A stretch of DNA of 63,249 bases, counting the filler, from Reticulomyxa filosa (Eukaryota; Protista; Foraminifera): NCBI GenBank assembly GCA_000512085.1. It is 22 parts of 22 records of this genome, joined end to end, with 100 filler letters (N's around TTAATTAATTAA, not from the genome) between each part and the next. Parts side by side here need not be neighbours in the genome. Positions count along the whole stretch, not along the records: positions 23,653 to 24,712 come from ASPP01035801.1; positions 24,813 to 26,859 come from ASPP01017242.1; positions 26,960 to 28,179 come from ASPP01014082.1; positions 28,280 to 32,964 come from ASPP01037444.1; positions 33,065 to 35,525 come from ASPP01002376.1; positions 35,626 to 37,402 come from ASPP01029483.1; positions 37,503 to 38,645 come from ASPP01012228.1; 15 more parts are not named here. The stretch is one strand, 5' to 3'. The notes under the pieces were generated by a model, which saw only the letters and a list, made by a program, of their open reading frames with translations, had not been told where the DNA came from and did no database searches. Shown one piece after another: positions 23,683 to 38,077 of this stretch. The position numbers and the translations under genes are program-made. Every line of letters starts with the position of its first letter. Position 1 is the stretch's first letter.

Positions 23683-24712
23683 GTTGGACTGCATTTTTGC
23701 GTTGCCAACTCCAGGCACAGTGATGAATGTGACTTTGAATATTGGGAGCGACCGAGTGATAACAACAGCAATTGTGTCCAATAAAGACAGGGATGAGCTG
23801 CTCAAAGTTAAAACAGCATCAAAGAGGGAGAAAGGAGGACACACTATCCGCTGACATATACATGTACATGTATGCATATTTACGTGCACATATACATATT
23901 TATATATGTATACGTATCTATAAGCGCGTATATACGTAATAATAATGATAATAATAAAAAGAACCATGCAGCATCAGAAGAGACTGTAGATATAATACCG
24001 GAGCCAGCAAACCCATACGAGCAATATTTGGCAGATTTATTTCGCCTGCCGATTTACGATGTGAAGGCAGGCGACACTATTCGAATACAGTGTCAATATT
24101 TGCAAACATTGGAATACGTGAAGAAAGGCTACGGCCTCTTGATCAAGTTGAAATTTCCTGTCAGCACAATAAGCGAGAATACAACGTGGGACGACATTGT
24201 CAAAGTGCGTTGTAAAATTAATGCTTTATCACCGAATACCAAAGTAAAGTAATTTTTTTTTTTTTTTTTGGTTGTTACGTACTCTAAAAATATACATAAT
24301 TTTATGGGTGTGGAAAAACTTGCGCACATCACTGTCAGATACACGTATATTCGCACGAAGTGAAGCAAGAACAATTAAAGGATGGCAGTCATATAGTTGA
24401 AACAACAAGATGTAAGGAAGAAAAGACTGAAAATGAAGACAATCACTATTTAATTGTCAGTCGTATAAACCACCCTCTTTCTTTTTTTTTTTTAAAAAAA
24501 AAAAAATATATATACGTAATATATTCGAAGATTTTTTTTTAAACTTCTTATAAATGAATGAATGAAAAACCCCCTTTTTTTTTAAAAAAAAATAAAAAAA
24601 AGAATTCTTTGAGTGAGTGCGGACGCGATTTCGAATTGTATTATAATGTACAAAGCGACACGGTGGCAGTACATGCAATACGTAAGGGCCACGAAGAGGA
24701 AGAGGAAGAGGA
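23683..24712 (+). CDS. VIT-domain (inter-alpha-trypsin inhibitor/vWA-associated) protein fragment
   Basis: CIFALPTPGTVMNVTLNIG..ITTAIV, DLFRLPIYDVKAGDTIRIQCQYLQTL, RDFELYY across spliced exons. Confidence 0.55.
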
Positions 24713-25129
24713 NNNNNNNNNNNNNNNNNNNNNNNNNNNNNNNNNNNNNNNNNNNNTTAATTAATTAANNNNNNNNNNNNNNNNNNNNNNNNNNNNNNNN
24801 NNNNNNNNNNNNATCTTTTTGCCAATCAGAAAAAGAGTTGGTTTGAAAATGATGTCAACCAATCTTTTTGCCAATCAATTTTTTTTTTTAGTTTGTCACA
24901 TTATTGTTGATTGAGACAATTTTTTGATTGAACATTTTAGTGATTCATAAGTTTTTTTTGTTGAGTTGTTTTTTTTTTTGATTAATTTTTTTGCGGATGG
25001 AGCCAGTTTTTGTGAACTGCAAAAAATTTTAAATGAGAAAGATGAAGATTTGTTGCATCTTGGTTATAGTTACAGTTTGCAGTTGAACTTTTTTTTGCAA
25101 AAGCTTTTCCCTTATTTTAGAAAATCATT

Positions 25130-26138
25130 ATGTCAACAGATAAAGTGGCTAAAAATCCTAAAATGCAGGCAGTTTTCGATTTTACTAGTGAACATTGTTG
25201 TAAATGGAAGAGTTATGTGCCGTATTGTCAAGACTCTCCAATGTTGAAATTGGTGCTGGCGGAACTGGAAGAATCGCACTGGATAACAGCTCTTGATAAT
25301 TACTTCCAAAAAATGAGTGACTATAGTTTGCCAAAAGAGTTATGCCAGATAATAGTGTCTTACGTGATAAGAAATGGGCAAGAAAGTACAAAAGATGTAT
25401 TTTTCAAAAATTTTGCGAGCATGGAGTTTTGCACTGCAGAACATCACACCGCTTTACATCAAAGTTACCGTTATGCCGCTAGCAGAATAGAAAACATGGT
25501 CGAAAAGTTTTTAATGTTAACTGGGGATGAACAGCTCAATTATCATTATCTTATAGAATTAGCACAAGAAAGAAACGCTCGACCCAGTGATACGATTTCT
25601 CCAATTTTCGCTGTGATGCGAAAAATGATAAAAAATATCATTTGGTATCGCTATGGTGTTATTCCTTGTGGAGATCTTCCATTGCAACCATCTGACATTG
25701 TTTGAGCTTGCATACACTATATCAAATACACAGACATGTATATGTGCATATATGTATATGTGCAAAATGTACACATTGTATATGTAACACGATGTAAATG
25801 GATAGTTTGGACAATTATGGAATGGTCAATGGTTTTATTATAAGGACGGACATCCTCATTGGTATGGAGCCACCACTCATTCGCAGTGGATTGGCTTGGC
25901 CAATTTCGATTTGAGTTCTTTGTTGCAACGAATGGATAGACATGATGTTGATTTATTATACGAAGGCTCACTCTTGTGGAAGCCTTTGGCCCTGTCTCGT
26001 TGTGGCTGTTTCAAGTGTGACGAAGAGACTGTTCAATTTGGTAAAGGCGCTGACAGCGGAACATCTGCATTGCCAGCGCCAAAACAAGAAGGAGACAACG
26101 AGAAGCATTTTAAAAAAAGAAACAAAGTTGTAATGTGA
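25130..26138 (+). CDS. hypothetical protein of about 300 aa, two exons
   Basis: ATG at 25130. A phase-0 intron at 25700-25805 (GTTTGA..GATAG) joins to an open exon FGQLWNGQWFYYKDGHPHWYGATTHSQW... Confidence 0.6.
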
Positions 26139-26400
26139 TGTAACCCTTTTTTTTTTTTTTTCAATATTGAACTTTTTTTCCTACTTTAATACTCATTTGA
26201 GAAAATGTACACTCAAAAATTTAGAATGATAACTTGAAAACAAATTTCTTTTTTTTCCAAAGAAAGACGACCAAAAAAAAAAAAAAAAATCAATTTTTTT
26301 CCCACGTATTGCTTTCCTTCTCGTCTCTTCCAATCATCGATCGACAATGCTTTTGCAAGCAAGGATCACAAGAGTGATCCTCCACATACAAACAAACAAA

Positions 26401-26819
26401 CTATACTTTGGACTGAATCGCATGAAGCCATTCTCGGTAGTCCTGAGTTGTTGCAAAACGTCCAAAACTTATCCGCAACAATTGATAAATCTCTCGTCGG
26501 GCAGCGTTGAAGAGATTGACCAAGTTGACATTGCTCGAGTCCTTGCCTTCGGCAAACACAACCAAGTTTTTCCGAACTTCGTAACTGACATTAATGACAA
26601 ACGACGAGCTTCGTGAAACATACTTTTCAATTAGCAAGCGTGCCTTTTCGGCCATTGATTCATTCGGATTTGTAAACACAATAAAAGAAAGCGGGGTGCC
26701 CTCCTTTGGCAGTTCTACCATTAATATCTTATCAAACGATTCGTTCCCAGAATATTCTGGTTGTTGTTTCAGTTGATCCAGCCATTGTTGCGTTTCAATC
26801 AAAAACAGCATATTTTCGA

Positions 26820-26820
<1 letters not shown>
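26401..26820 (-). CDS. RGS-domain protein, last exon
   Basis: ARLLIEKYVSRSSSFVINVSYEVRK..LFNAARREIYQLLRISFGRF matches RGS C-terminal helices. Confidence 0.8.
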
Positions 26821-26859
<39 letters not shown>

Positions 26860-26959
26860 NNNNNNNNNNNNNNNNNNNNNNNNNNNNNNNNNNNNNNNNN
26901 NNNTTAATTAATTAANNNNNNNNNNNNNNNNNNNNNNNNNNNNNNNNNNNNNNNNNNNN

Positions 26960-28179
26960 AAATAAATAAAAAAACTGATATTTTTGCCAGGGACCGGAAT
27001 GACGTTTATCTGTATTAGGAATAGCATTTGCACCTCCATTTTGAAAGTTTCGATCTCGATATCCGCCACCAAAACCTCCCCTCCCTCTTCCTCGAAACCC
27101 AGAGTATCCCCCTCCCCTATCAAATCCACGAGAGTTATAGCCATAGCCATTGCCATGGCTATAGTTGCTACCATAGTTATTGCCATAGCCATAGCCATTG
27201 CCATTGCCATTGAAGCCATCGTTGTATCGATTATTGGGTCCATTGCTGTGCATTGCATTTTTATTTGTTTATTTTAAAAAAATCTCGCATAATAGCTAAA
27301 ACGAAGCAAAGTTCAAACAAAACTTGAAATGAGCCCCCGGATTCCAGGAACGATTGTAATCAAAGCCTCCGCCTCCCCCGCCTCCCCCGCCTGCTCCTCC
27401 TCCTCCTCCTCCTCCTGCTCCTCCTCTACCTTCTCTATAGTGATTGAATCTATTGGACATAAGGCTGGGCCGTCCTCGATCGTGATTCCAATCACGTCGC
27501 TGCGCCCAGGGCATTGATGTATTGTTCCTCATATCCCCGTTGTTTCTTCTGCTGTCTCCCATAGCACCACTGCGGTTATCATCTAATCTCCGGATATCCC
27601 TAGACAGATCCGACGTATTTACATACATCAAACATATAAATATATATAAATAAATATATATAAATAAATATATATAAATATATATATACATATAAATTTT
27701 ATTTTTTTTTTAATGGAAGAGAAAAAGAACAACCCAACTGAACCCCTCCGTTTGCGCCAAAGTGATTGCCGATCCTTGGGTTGGCATGATAATGGGACGG
27801 CATGGACTCTTTTTCACTTTTTTTGTGATTGGAATTGCGAGAGCGTTTATCAGCGCTTTTGTGCGAGCGCGAGTGTGAGCGTGACTGTGGCCGCGACCGC
27901 GATCGAGACTGCAAGTGCGAGTGCGAGTGCGAGTGCGACTGCGAGTGCGAGTGCGACTGCGACTGCGACTGCGAGCGCGAATGTCCACTCTTTCTATTGC
28001 TGTCAGTTTTACTGCTTTCGTCTGACTGTTTACTGCGTTTGGAGTCACGACTGCGGTTATTGCTTTCCGCACGTTTCTTCACACTTTTTTTTTCTTTGGA
28101 TCGTTTGTGTTTCGACACATGTTGATCTCGACTCTGTTCCTCCTCTTCTTCTTTGTCTTTCTCTCTATCTCTCATTTTG
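26960..28179 (-). CDS. RS/SH- and RGG/GN-rich low-complexity protein fragment (likely RNA-processing factor)
   Basis: Three spliced low-complexity exons: SRSRSRPQSRSHSRS, GRGGAGGGG, RGGGYSGFRGRGRGG. No folded domain visible. Confidence 0.5.
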
Positions 28180-30599
28180 NNNNNNNNNNNNNNNNNNNNN
28201 NNNNNNNNNNNNNNNNNNNNNNNTTAATTAATTAANNNNNNNNNNNNNNNNNNNNNNNNNNNNNNNNNNNNNNNNNNNNGGAGTAAATCAAACAGAATTA
28301 AAAGAAACATTAATTAAAAATAATTTATTATATTGGGCCGCTGGTCGAAATATTATATCCATTAGAGCAGAAAATTCAAATTCAAAAAAATTTGATGAGG
28401 GATGGTATCCAATGCCATTTTTAATCTTTCGAATATTTTTGTTATTTGAAATATGTGTTCGAATAAAACGAGAAGGGAGAAGTTTTGTTGGATTACCAAG
28501 AGGTACAACATTTAAATAAGTATATGAAAAAGGTGTGAAAGAATTACAAGTGCAATTAAAATCCTTTCAAAGCAATTGAAAGTGAAATATGATGTATGCA
28601 ATGGAATAGCAATGGAACAAACTCTTGTTGCAAAAGCAAACATTCATACAATTCAAAATGGAGCATTTTATCGTCGTGATCAATCAATCAAACCTATTTT
28701 CAATTATATCTTAATTCGACTGAACGAAACCAATTTGATCAATTTTACAAATCAAAATTTCCCAAACTTATTCAAAGTGTGACAGAAATAAATCAAGAGT
28801 GGGTTCGATTTTATTTTGATACGCATGTGTTTCACTCTCAAGTGATCCCTTTGTTATCTCCTGTTTCTTGAAATTCAAACATCAAATCTTTTTTTCAAAT
28901 TACTGTATAGTTGGAGTTTTAATTAATTATCTTATTGATGAATGAAGCGTTTAATTCGTTTCTGAATTTGATGAAAAATCTTTGTTAGTAATAGCGTCAT
29001 TTGCTCAATTTGCATGTAGCCAATGGCACACATTAGTTGTTATGCCATTAGATTTTGTATATTTTTTCTAGAGTCAATATTCTATAATTCCATTAATTTT
29101 TCAGATGAAGTTGCAGTGTTAAGTATAACAAAAAAATTTCAAAATATTGTGAAGAAAGGGCCAATGATAGCATTTTCTTTATCCTCCATTTTTGAATTAA
29201 ATATTTGCTTATTTTTTAAAGTTTTTTAAATGGAGGAAAAGCAAATGTTGGGAAATCATACCTTTTGTATTAGTTATTTATTCTCACATTTACATTGTTA
29301 TTCTCCAGTTATCGCTTTACGAACTTTTTCTCCCTACTCTCTCCCCTGCATGATAATTTTTTCTTACACATTAAAGAAGCTGATAGATTTGTACAACATA
29401 CTAACGTTTTACTCACTTGCATGCCTACTCTGCTATTTATCCTGCTGACTTGGCCTGACAGGCTGTCGGTGTCAGTGCTTTGTCTCTCGTATGACGCACC
29501 CGTGATGCCCAATCTGGCACTTTTTCTGAAAACACTGTTGTTAGCACATGGATATCAAATCTTCAAAAATAGGGGGTTCAAAATTGACACTCATCCCGAC
29601 GACACCTTGATCATGCCCGATGGACGTGTCCAGTTCAAGTACCTTTCAAGGGGGAACTCACACTTAGCCGAACTCATCATTGCAATGACCGATCGCAAAT
29701 TTGGAATGTATTGTTGAAAAGGTCAGCGAGAAATGGGGATTTCGATCCCCAAGCACATGGACCTTTACATCAGCAAAGTCATGACCGTCATTGGAGTTGG
29801 TTACTTGAATAATGATATTTGGAAAAGTAGATCATCGTCACGAGCCTGTCAAAGTACATTCTTTCTCTTGCCAGGCTTGTCTCAGTCCGATTAGATCTTG
29901 TGTGTTCTCACAAAGAACAACTTCAAATGACAGCTGTGCTGGAACGCATGAGACAACGACGAATGTATTTATAAGAGACTGGAGTTGTACATGTATCTTT
30001 TTTTGGAGGGGTTCCTCATCTTGTTTACTTGTCTACAAGTCAAAATGCAACCAATCAATTTTTTCAGATGATTTACTTTTTCACTCAATCAAAAAAAAAA
30101 AAGAAATAAATGTAAAACGATTGTGATATACACAAACACATACACAGATATAAATTTGATTATATTAAAAATGGAGGAAATGTTAAGAGAACATTTCTGC
30201 ACGCGTGGAGTCTCCGACATGCTTGTCTTGTTTTTTTCTTGCAAATCGTTCAAATATTTACTAAAGCTGTTTCCATTAAAAATTTTTTTTCTTTGATTGA
30301 AGACCAAGTTTTTTTTAATCTACTCATATTTATCTCCTAAGTGAAAAGAATTTTTAAATAGAAAAGGATCAACTGTTTTCGCCTTGAGCTATAGTGAATG
30401 TATAAAAAACAAATTCATTTTCTAATCAACTTGGTATTTGCATAAACCGCTTGCAATCCATTTAAAGTTTTACAAGTATATTTGTTTGCCACAAATTTTT
30501 TCTTATTTTTATCCAAAGTGGCTTTATTGCTCACTGAATGTTCTTCAGTTTCAGTGTGCCTAGTAGAAGTGGAGGGGACAAACAGATGAGAAAATCTTG

Positions 30600-32220
30600 A
30601 GTAAGTCCTTTGGTTAGCTAAGAGGCAACATGAAATCGTCGCTGGTGTTGATGATGCTACATGTATCAAATGCATTCGTTGTGATATCAAGCGCAAATGA
30701 GATGAATACAAGCAATTGCAGCTGGACGAACAGACAAAAACACTTCACTCAACACAGTAACACAAGCATACTGGCAATATCACGCGATATGTTGCTCAAC
30801 CACTTGTGGAAATTGGAAACGTGGAAGTGTGAGCAATATTTACAATTCTACAACAATATGACAAGCGCACCATCATTGCAAATATCCAACAATGAATCAA
30901 CAAACAAAATTATACGTATTTTCCAAAGCACTCTGAGTGCCAACATAAAGCAGTCCAAAAAGAACTGGCACTCCAAAACGTCGACAATGAATATACTCAT
31001 ATCCATTTCAATCATACAATTGACAATATATAAAGTGACACTCACATCAGCGACATTCAGGTATATAACAGTAACACAAAGACTAAATGAAAAAAAAAAG
31101 GGGAGGTTAACGTATATCAAGAGATATGAAGTGGAGATGATGAATTGTGTATGTTATTGATTTAATTTAAAAACAATTTTTTTAAAAAAACAAAAATAAC
31201 AGCGTACTGAAAAATAGCAAAGTGGATGCAATGCTAAGTACGCAACGGTCGAAAAGAACGCACAACAGCCAGGAGCGAGTATCTATTGGGGACGTTGGCT
31301 GTGATAAATCGTTTTTGGTACAACACGACCACAAGCAAGAATTCAACCACCAACATTATTTGCAGCCGCTGCAAATATTTTTTTTCCAAGTCTCGCTGCA
31401 CAATCCAAGCGAGTATCAACCACAAACTTTTGCAAAGCACAATTCGCCACAAAACATATCGACCACAGCTTTGCCACAATTTTGAAAGATTGTCCAATAT
31501 TTCAATGTTAAGTTTGTTTGTTTTTTTACTTTCTTTTTTTTTTTTGTTTAAAAACAAACAAATAAATAAAATAGATATTGCAACTGCGCAGCGCCGTTGA
31601 TAAAAGGAAAATGGAAAAACAACGTATACTTGGAATGGATGTTAAACAAGCTGCAATTGCTGGCGCAAATTGTGACGGCAAGTCCATCGTTGTCATCTCA
31701 TGGTCCAAACATGACTTTGATGTGATAGATGCGCTGTTAGCGCAAATGAGGAAAGTGGTTGCAACGCAGCCGACGAACAACTCGGTCGTTGTGACTATCC
31801 TTGTTTATGCAAACAAGCGATCTATTGCAATGATCATAATCTCAGGCGCTTAGCCTTCAATACAACATTCGGACAAACTGTCCAGCATTGCAGTGTTCTA
31901 TTCATCAACAAATTGCTCCAAGTTAAATGCAAGCATTTGCAGGCAACAATGATATGCACATTAAATCCCAATTAATGTCAATTCAAACGTCGACTGTACC
32001 ATGGATAAGTTATCTTTGTCTTTTTTCTGTTGTTCAATAACTGCATTATTTTTTTGCTTGCCGTTTGTATATAGAAAATATTTGTCAAACATTACGGAGC
32101 AAATGGCAGTTGGAATGAAAAAACTAAAGGATGAATATTATAACTACTTACTGTGGTTTGCAATGCGAGCGCTGCATTGTAATTTCAAAGGCCAAGAGAA
32201 TGTAAGTCTTTTGTTTTTAT
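30600..32220 (+). pseudogene. decayed multi-exon gene remnants
   Basis: Short coding-like stretches with stops, including IGDVGCDKSFL (possibly a degenerate Walker A) and CSWT..H (possibly a TRAF finger remnant). Confidence 0.25.
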
Positions 32221-33064
32221 TTATATTCGATTCATAACTATGTATTGTGTGATTATTTACAATAGGACATCTAATCAAATGAAATGAAAAAAGAAAATGG
32301 AGTAGCAACCACCCCCCGTCTCCGTAAGGAGAAAAACTGGTTTGCTCTATTCGCTTTTTGTAAAATATATTTAAATGTTGTGTGTTTTATGATATAGGTT
32401 CCCCCGTCCAATCAAAATTTAATCTATATGCTCCCTCTACACAAAAAAAAACTAATGATAACTATGGGGTTGAAGTCAACTCCGTTATCGAAAAAACAAA
32501 AAAAGGTTTGTATATGTTTTTTATTTATTTTTATATGTACATTTGTTATAAAATGTTTGTTTGTACTTGTGATGAAATAGGAATTCCCCCTCAAATGAAA
32601 GAACTATATTTGTATATGTGTATTTATTTATTTGCTCAATCACAAACAAAAAAAAATTTGAAGTATTTATTATAGTGAAAAAAAACTGGCGTTTGATCGT
32701 AGCCAACTTGTGATGTTATAAATATTTTTTGTTTGTTTTTTTAAAATTATAAAGTATAACTTTGTTTGGTCTGCATATAGGTATCCGGGTGCAGCAAAAA
32801 AATATGTTTATGTATATGTATTATTTCTTTGGGGTAATTGGAAAAAGGGGATTAAATAAAGTAATAAGGAGGAAAAAAAGGTATTAATAAAGATAAAATA
32901 AAAAAAGGGGGAAAAGCAAAAAGGATTGAAATTAAATAATAAAAAAAAAAGAATGGAATAATAANNNNNNNNNNNNNNNNNNNNNNNNNNNNNNNNNNNN
33001 NNNNNNNNTTAATTAATTAANNNNNNNNNNNNNNNNNNNNNNNNNNNNNNNNNNNNNNNNNNNN

Positions 33065-33399
33065 AATGTATGTCTTTTTGTATATTCATTTCCACCAAAA
33101 GACAACAAAGTGATTTGATTGTTGACTTTGTCGAAGTTACTGTTACTATCTACCAGTTTCACTACACAGTGTCCAAATAATGTAACATCACTTGGATACT
33201 TACAGATAAACTTGTATTCGTTTTTGAGTGTATGATAAGAATAACAAGCTCTTTGACCATGACCTCCACAAATGAGGAGTTCGTGTTTGTGTAGCACACA
33301 TTGAGATTCTATTAGTGGAGTGGGCAACTCCTTCAAAGTTTGAAAGTGGGTAGTAAGCTGTCGACTTTGTTCAGTTTCCCTTTTAGTTTGCTTGGCCAT
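33065..33399 (-). CDS. kelch-like beta-propeller protein, N-terminus (3'-truncated)
   Basis: FQTLKELPTPLIESQCVLHKHELLICGG..CYSYH..GHCVVKL..LLSFGG shows kelch GG blades. Confidence 0.75.
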
Positions 33400-36300
33400 G
33401 TTGTTAAGGTTTAGGAAGTTTTTTTTAGAAAAAGGTACTGTGACCTGACCCTTTTTGAGAAAACAAATATCCTACATTGACATTTTTTATTTGGTTAATG
33501 AAACAAAAAAAATTGCACATAATTTGAGCAATGAAAATTGAAATGCATGAAAAGTTGAATTATTGTATCGAGAATTTTCAGTGAAAAAGTACTACCATTT
33601 GCCAATCTTGTGTCCTTTTTGAAATAATGAAACACAGAAATTGTACTTTTCTTTTTGAATTAACTTGTTTTTAAAAACGACAATAAAAATCAGTTATTAA
33701 GGATCTTGAAATGATTTATACTTTATGTAGCTTTAACTTGTATTCACATTTATTTTTTGTCTGTACAAATCCTTGTATTAAGGCTTGCAAACAAGTTCTT
33801 TTTTAGTGAGATTTAAAAAACAGGATTGTGTGAATCTTAAACAAGTTCCATCCTTTTCGTTTTTTTGCATTGTACAATGATTAGAGTTTTTATCGTGTTC
33901 TCCACTAGTTTTTTTGTGTGAATTCATGCAATTTGTAATTCCTGTTCAACCAACATTTGTAAAAAAGAACTTTGGAAAAGCATTATTACGGCATGCTGCA
34001 CGTCAATATTTTTTATTGCTATGTTATAAAAGGACAAACTTTGTGAAAAAAAAGACATTTTTTAGCAACTAAAAACCATAAGTAAATCGTGATTTGTTTC
34101 ACAAATCATCATACAATAAGCATAATTGATATTACAGCAAAAGATCTTTATTTCAATCAAAAACAAAACTGGTCAATGTTGTTATTGAATGTGATATTGA
34201 GAAAAAGTGTTTGACAATCAATTAAATCGCAAAATAAAAAGAGAAATGAACAAGAAGAAGAAAAAAAGAAATATTATTTAAAAATAATTGAATTAGATAA
34301 AAATGATAAATGAAATATCTCAACATAACATATTTAAATGTATTGGGACCCTATTTTGTAGTGCAATTTGAAAATTCAATTGGATAAATTGAGACTGGAT
34401 CATTAAAAGAGAATTTCATATATTAATTATTTTAATAAAAATGACCAATTTCAAGAAAAAATATTAAAAGTGTTATGAAAATGTATTGTCAATTCATACT
34501 CAATCATTAGATTACAACAAATGAATCATTTTCATTTTTGCACATACAAATAGCAAAGAATTACAAGTAATTAAATTCGGCTTAACATTGTAAACGTCAA
34601 TCATTACATGAAGATAATGTAATGACTATCTGAAATTTCCTCTTTTTGTACTTATACTTGATCATTGTATTAAATGTAATTATATCAAGAATCATCAATT
34701 GCTCACCAAATCTTGTTATTTCTTAAACCATTGTTCAAAATAATGGTTTTATAATCAGATTTATTCAATATATCCAAGTAATGTGATGCTATTCATCAAA
34801 TTTAATTTGGTATGAAGAAGTTGTCTAATGAGGGCACAATGAATGAGGTTTCAGATTGGCCTCTTATTCAACAAAGACATAATATCCAGTGTTTCGTGTT
34901 TTCGAAAAGAAAAATTGATTAAAATTATTCTCAACAGAGTGTACATTTAAGATATTTGAAAGTTCATTTATGTTGTGCACAATTCACACTTTGCTTATTA
35001 TGTCATTGTGGAAACAAAGCAAGTGACAGAAAAGGGCTAAACATAGAAGAGTGGGACATTTACTAATATTTCTTCGTAGTTGCACAATTTTCAATCTATT
35101 CTTAAAAATAAATTACTTTGTTCTTTATTTGATACCCAACAAAGCTAAGTCCATGATTTGTGTTTATGTAAAAAAAACACTTTCCACTCATTTAATGCGT
35201 AATTTTGACAACTATGAAACATTTCAATAGATAAAAATTTATTGAAAAATATTTTTGTTAATGTCTTATTCCTGAGATGTATCAATATTTATTTAAAAAT
35301 AAAAGAATTGCGTGTGTTGTACTTTATTATGTCAAAATTGAATTTATCATCAATCTTTGAACTCAATTTTGAATAATTATTTGATATAATAAATATGCTC
35401 ATGAAATATCAAATGAAAATTTATCAACTCTGTTGTTATGATTAACATGCATTCTTTCATTATGTAATTGCAGATTTTCGTTTCTTTAAATGTTTTAGAC
35501 TAAGTTCAACATTATATTGTTAAATNNNNNNNNNNNNNNNNNNNNNNNNNNNNNNNNNNNNNNNNNNNNTTAATTAATTAANNNNNNNNNNNNNNNNNNN
35601 NNNNNNNNNNNNNNNNNNNNNNNNNTTTTTCATTGAATAATTTTAAACACAAAAGAAGTAAATGAATAAATTGAGTGCATCTACAAACAATTGAAATAAA
35701 AGCACTTGTACTATTATTATTTTTAGTTGCAATTACAAAAAAAATTGGAGTGTTCCATAGATAAAATGTCTCATTCCTTTTTCAGAAAATTACCTTTATG
35801 CAATGTAAAAAATAAGGCATTCTCTATCTTCTTTTAAATCAAAACATATTTTGTTTTTTTAAAAAATTGAAAGCGTTTAAAGCTATTCAAATTATTCAAA
35901 ATTGATCTTTGTACAATTCATTTAAGAGATTGCTTGTAAAAATGAAATTATGTCATATGTTCATTACTAATATATTGATCATTTTATATGAGAGTTCAAC
36001 AATGAAGTTAATATATAACATGTTATACCTAAAGAAGTCATGTAGAATTTTACTTTTAGAAAAAAAAAACATAGTTGGTAGATGCACTCTTTCCATCCTT
36101 TTGTGTTTTTGGAAATTATCGAGACAAGGATAAAATGCATTAAAATGTTAACATTTTGAAAGATGGAAAATTATCCATTTTATTTTATTTTATTATTCAC
36201 CAAATTGCGATAAAATCATTACTACCTTTTTCTTGAACGTATTTATGGACTAATTACATATTTGCAAAAAGGGAATTTTGAAGAGAACTCTTTGTAAAAA

Positions 36301-36648
36301 AAAAAATAAATAAAAAAACATTGACCCTAAATTCAATAATTCAGTCTGAAAATACTTCATAAACTATTAATGGGAATTGTTTGAAATGAGTTTTCAAAAA
36401 TAAAACAATAATTCGTATTCAATTGTACGTTCTTGTGCATTTAAATTACCATTTCCCATAATTTTGAGGAAACTAGAAAAAAAATTCTTGTTGTTCTCAT
36501 TGCAAGTTATATTTATTAAATAAAAAAAACTCATTTTCAATTTTTATTGACCCTTCGCGAGCTTAAAAAAAAAAGTTGAAAAGCATCTTTTTCATCATTT
36601 TGCGTCAAAGATCATCTCAAGGAGAAAAAAAGATACTTTAGCCTAGTA

Positions 36649-37402
36649 ATGAAAGTTTCGTTTAAGTTGTTTTTTTTTAGATCTTTTTCTTGTTTTTCTC
36701 ATTTTGTTTTACGATTGAAACAGTCAAAAGAAGAAGAGATCCAAATCATTATTCATCATTGGATTCGAACATTAAACATTAGATTAGGATGGATCAAAGA
36801 TTTTGACAAATTTGTTGTCAACTATGTTAGTTCATTTGTTTCTCTTTCATTTTATCAATCAAAATAAACATTTATTTAACATAGGCATCTACATTCTTCA
36901 TGTTTGAAACATTTCGTTCATTATCCAAATTAATCAATACATTTTCTGGACATAAAGGCAGTGTGCGGAGTATTGATTATTCAACATTTGATGATTGTCA
37001 ATTGATTTGTTCTGGATCAGATGATAAAACAGTTCGTGTATGGGATGTCAATAATAACAAACAAATTCAATCATTTTGTGGACATTCATATATTGTGAAT
37101 TGTGTAAAATTTTCACAATATCATTACCATAATAATCATCAAAGTGTCATTTGCTCTTCATCACATGACAGAACTATTCGTTTTTGGGATTTCAAACATA
37201 ATCAAAAATTACAAATATTCAATGGACACACTGATAGTGTTTGTGGTATTCAATTTTCATCATTTAATGGTGGTAGATATTTGTTTTCTGGATCATTTGA
37301 CAAAACAATTCGATTATGGGATGTTGAAACATCAAAATCATTACATGTTTTCAATGGACATAAAGATTGTGTTTTTTGTGTTGATATTTCACTATTACAA
37401 AG
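36649..37402 (+). CDS. WD40-repeat protein (3'-truncated)
   Basis: Repeated GH..V..F..CSGS.DKT.R.WD units, preceded by the exon EEEIQIIIHHWIRTLNIRLGWIKDFDK. Confidence 0.92.
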
Positions 37403-37502
37403 NNNNNNNNNNNNNNNNNNNNNNNNNNNNNNNNNNNNNNNNNNNNTTAATTAATTAANNNNNNNNNNNNNNNNNNNNNNNNNNNNNNNNNNNNNNNNNN
37501 NN

Positions 37503-38077
37503 TAGTCGCCGCGGCCGGTATCCTTGCGCCGCAGCAGCGCCATCAGCACGCCGGCCAGACCATGAAGGCCGCTCACCAGGTCGGCGACCGGGATGCCGGG
37601 GATTGCCGGCCGTCCGTCGTCGCCCAGGGTGAGGCTCAGTACGCCGGTCATGGCCTCCAGCGCGAGATCGTGCGCGGCGCGGCCGGGATAGGCGCCGTCC
37701 TGGCCGAAGGCGCTGATCGAGCAATAGACGATGCCGGGGTTCTTCGCGGCGACCGCCTCGTAGCCGATGCCGAAGCGCGCGGCAACGCCGGGCCGGAACG
37801 ATTCCACCAGCACGTCGGCTTCGCAGGCCAGGCGGAAGAGATCGGCACGGCCGGGCTCGCTCTTGAGGTCGAGCACGACGCTCTTCTTGCCGCGGCCCAT
37901 GTTGCGGAAGAACACCGAGGTGCGTTCGTCGGGTGGCAGGATGTGACGGCCGGGATCGCCCTCGCCCGGCGGCTCGACCTTGATCACCTCGGCGCCATGA
38001 TCGGCCAGCGAGGTGGTGAGATAGGGTCCCGGCAGGAACCAGGAGAGATCGACGACCTTGATGCCCTGAAGTTTCAT
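37503..38077 (-). CDS. bacterial CaiB/BaiF class III CoA-transferase, N-terminal half
   Basis: LQGIKVVDLS..PGP..LADHGAEVIKVEPPGEGD..R, RGKKSVVLDLK, ADVLVESFRPGV, SISAFGQDG, AHD (catalytic Asp position). High GC, no introns. Confidence 0.93.

Noticed and set aside
28280-28790. Coding-like fragments here and at about 41040-41270, 56200-56650 and 62256-62700
   Set aside because: Interrupted or featureless, with no motif I can name; probably pseudogene debris.
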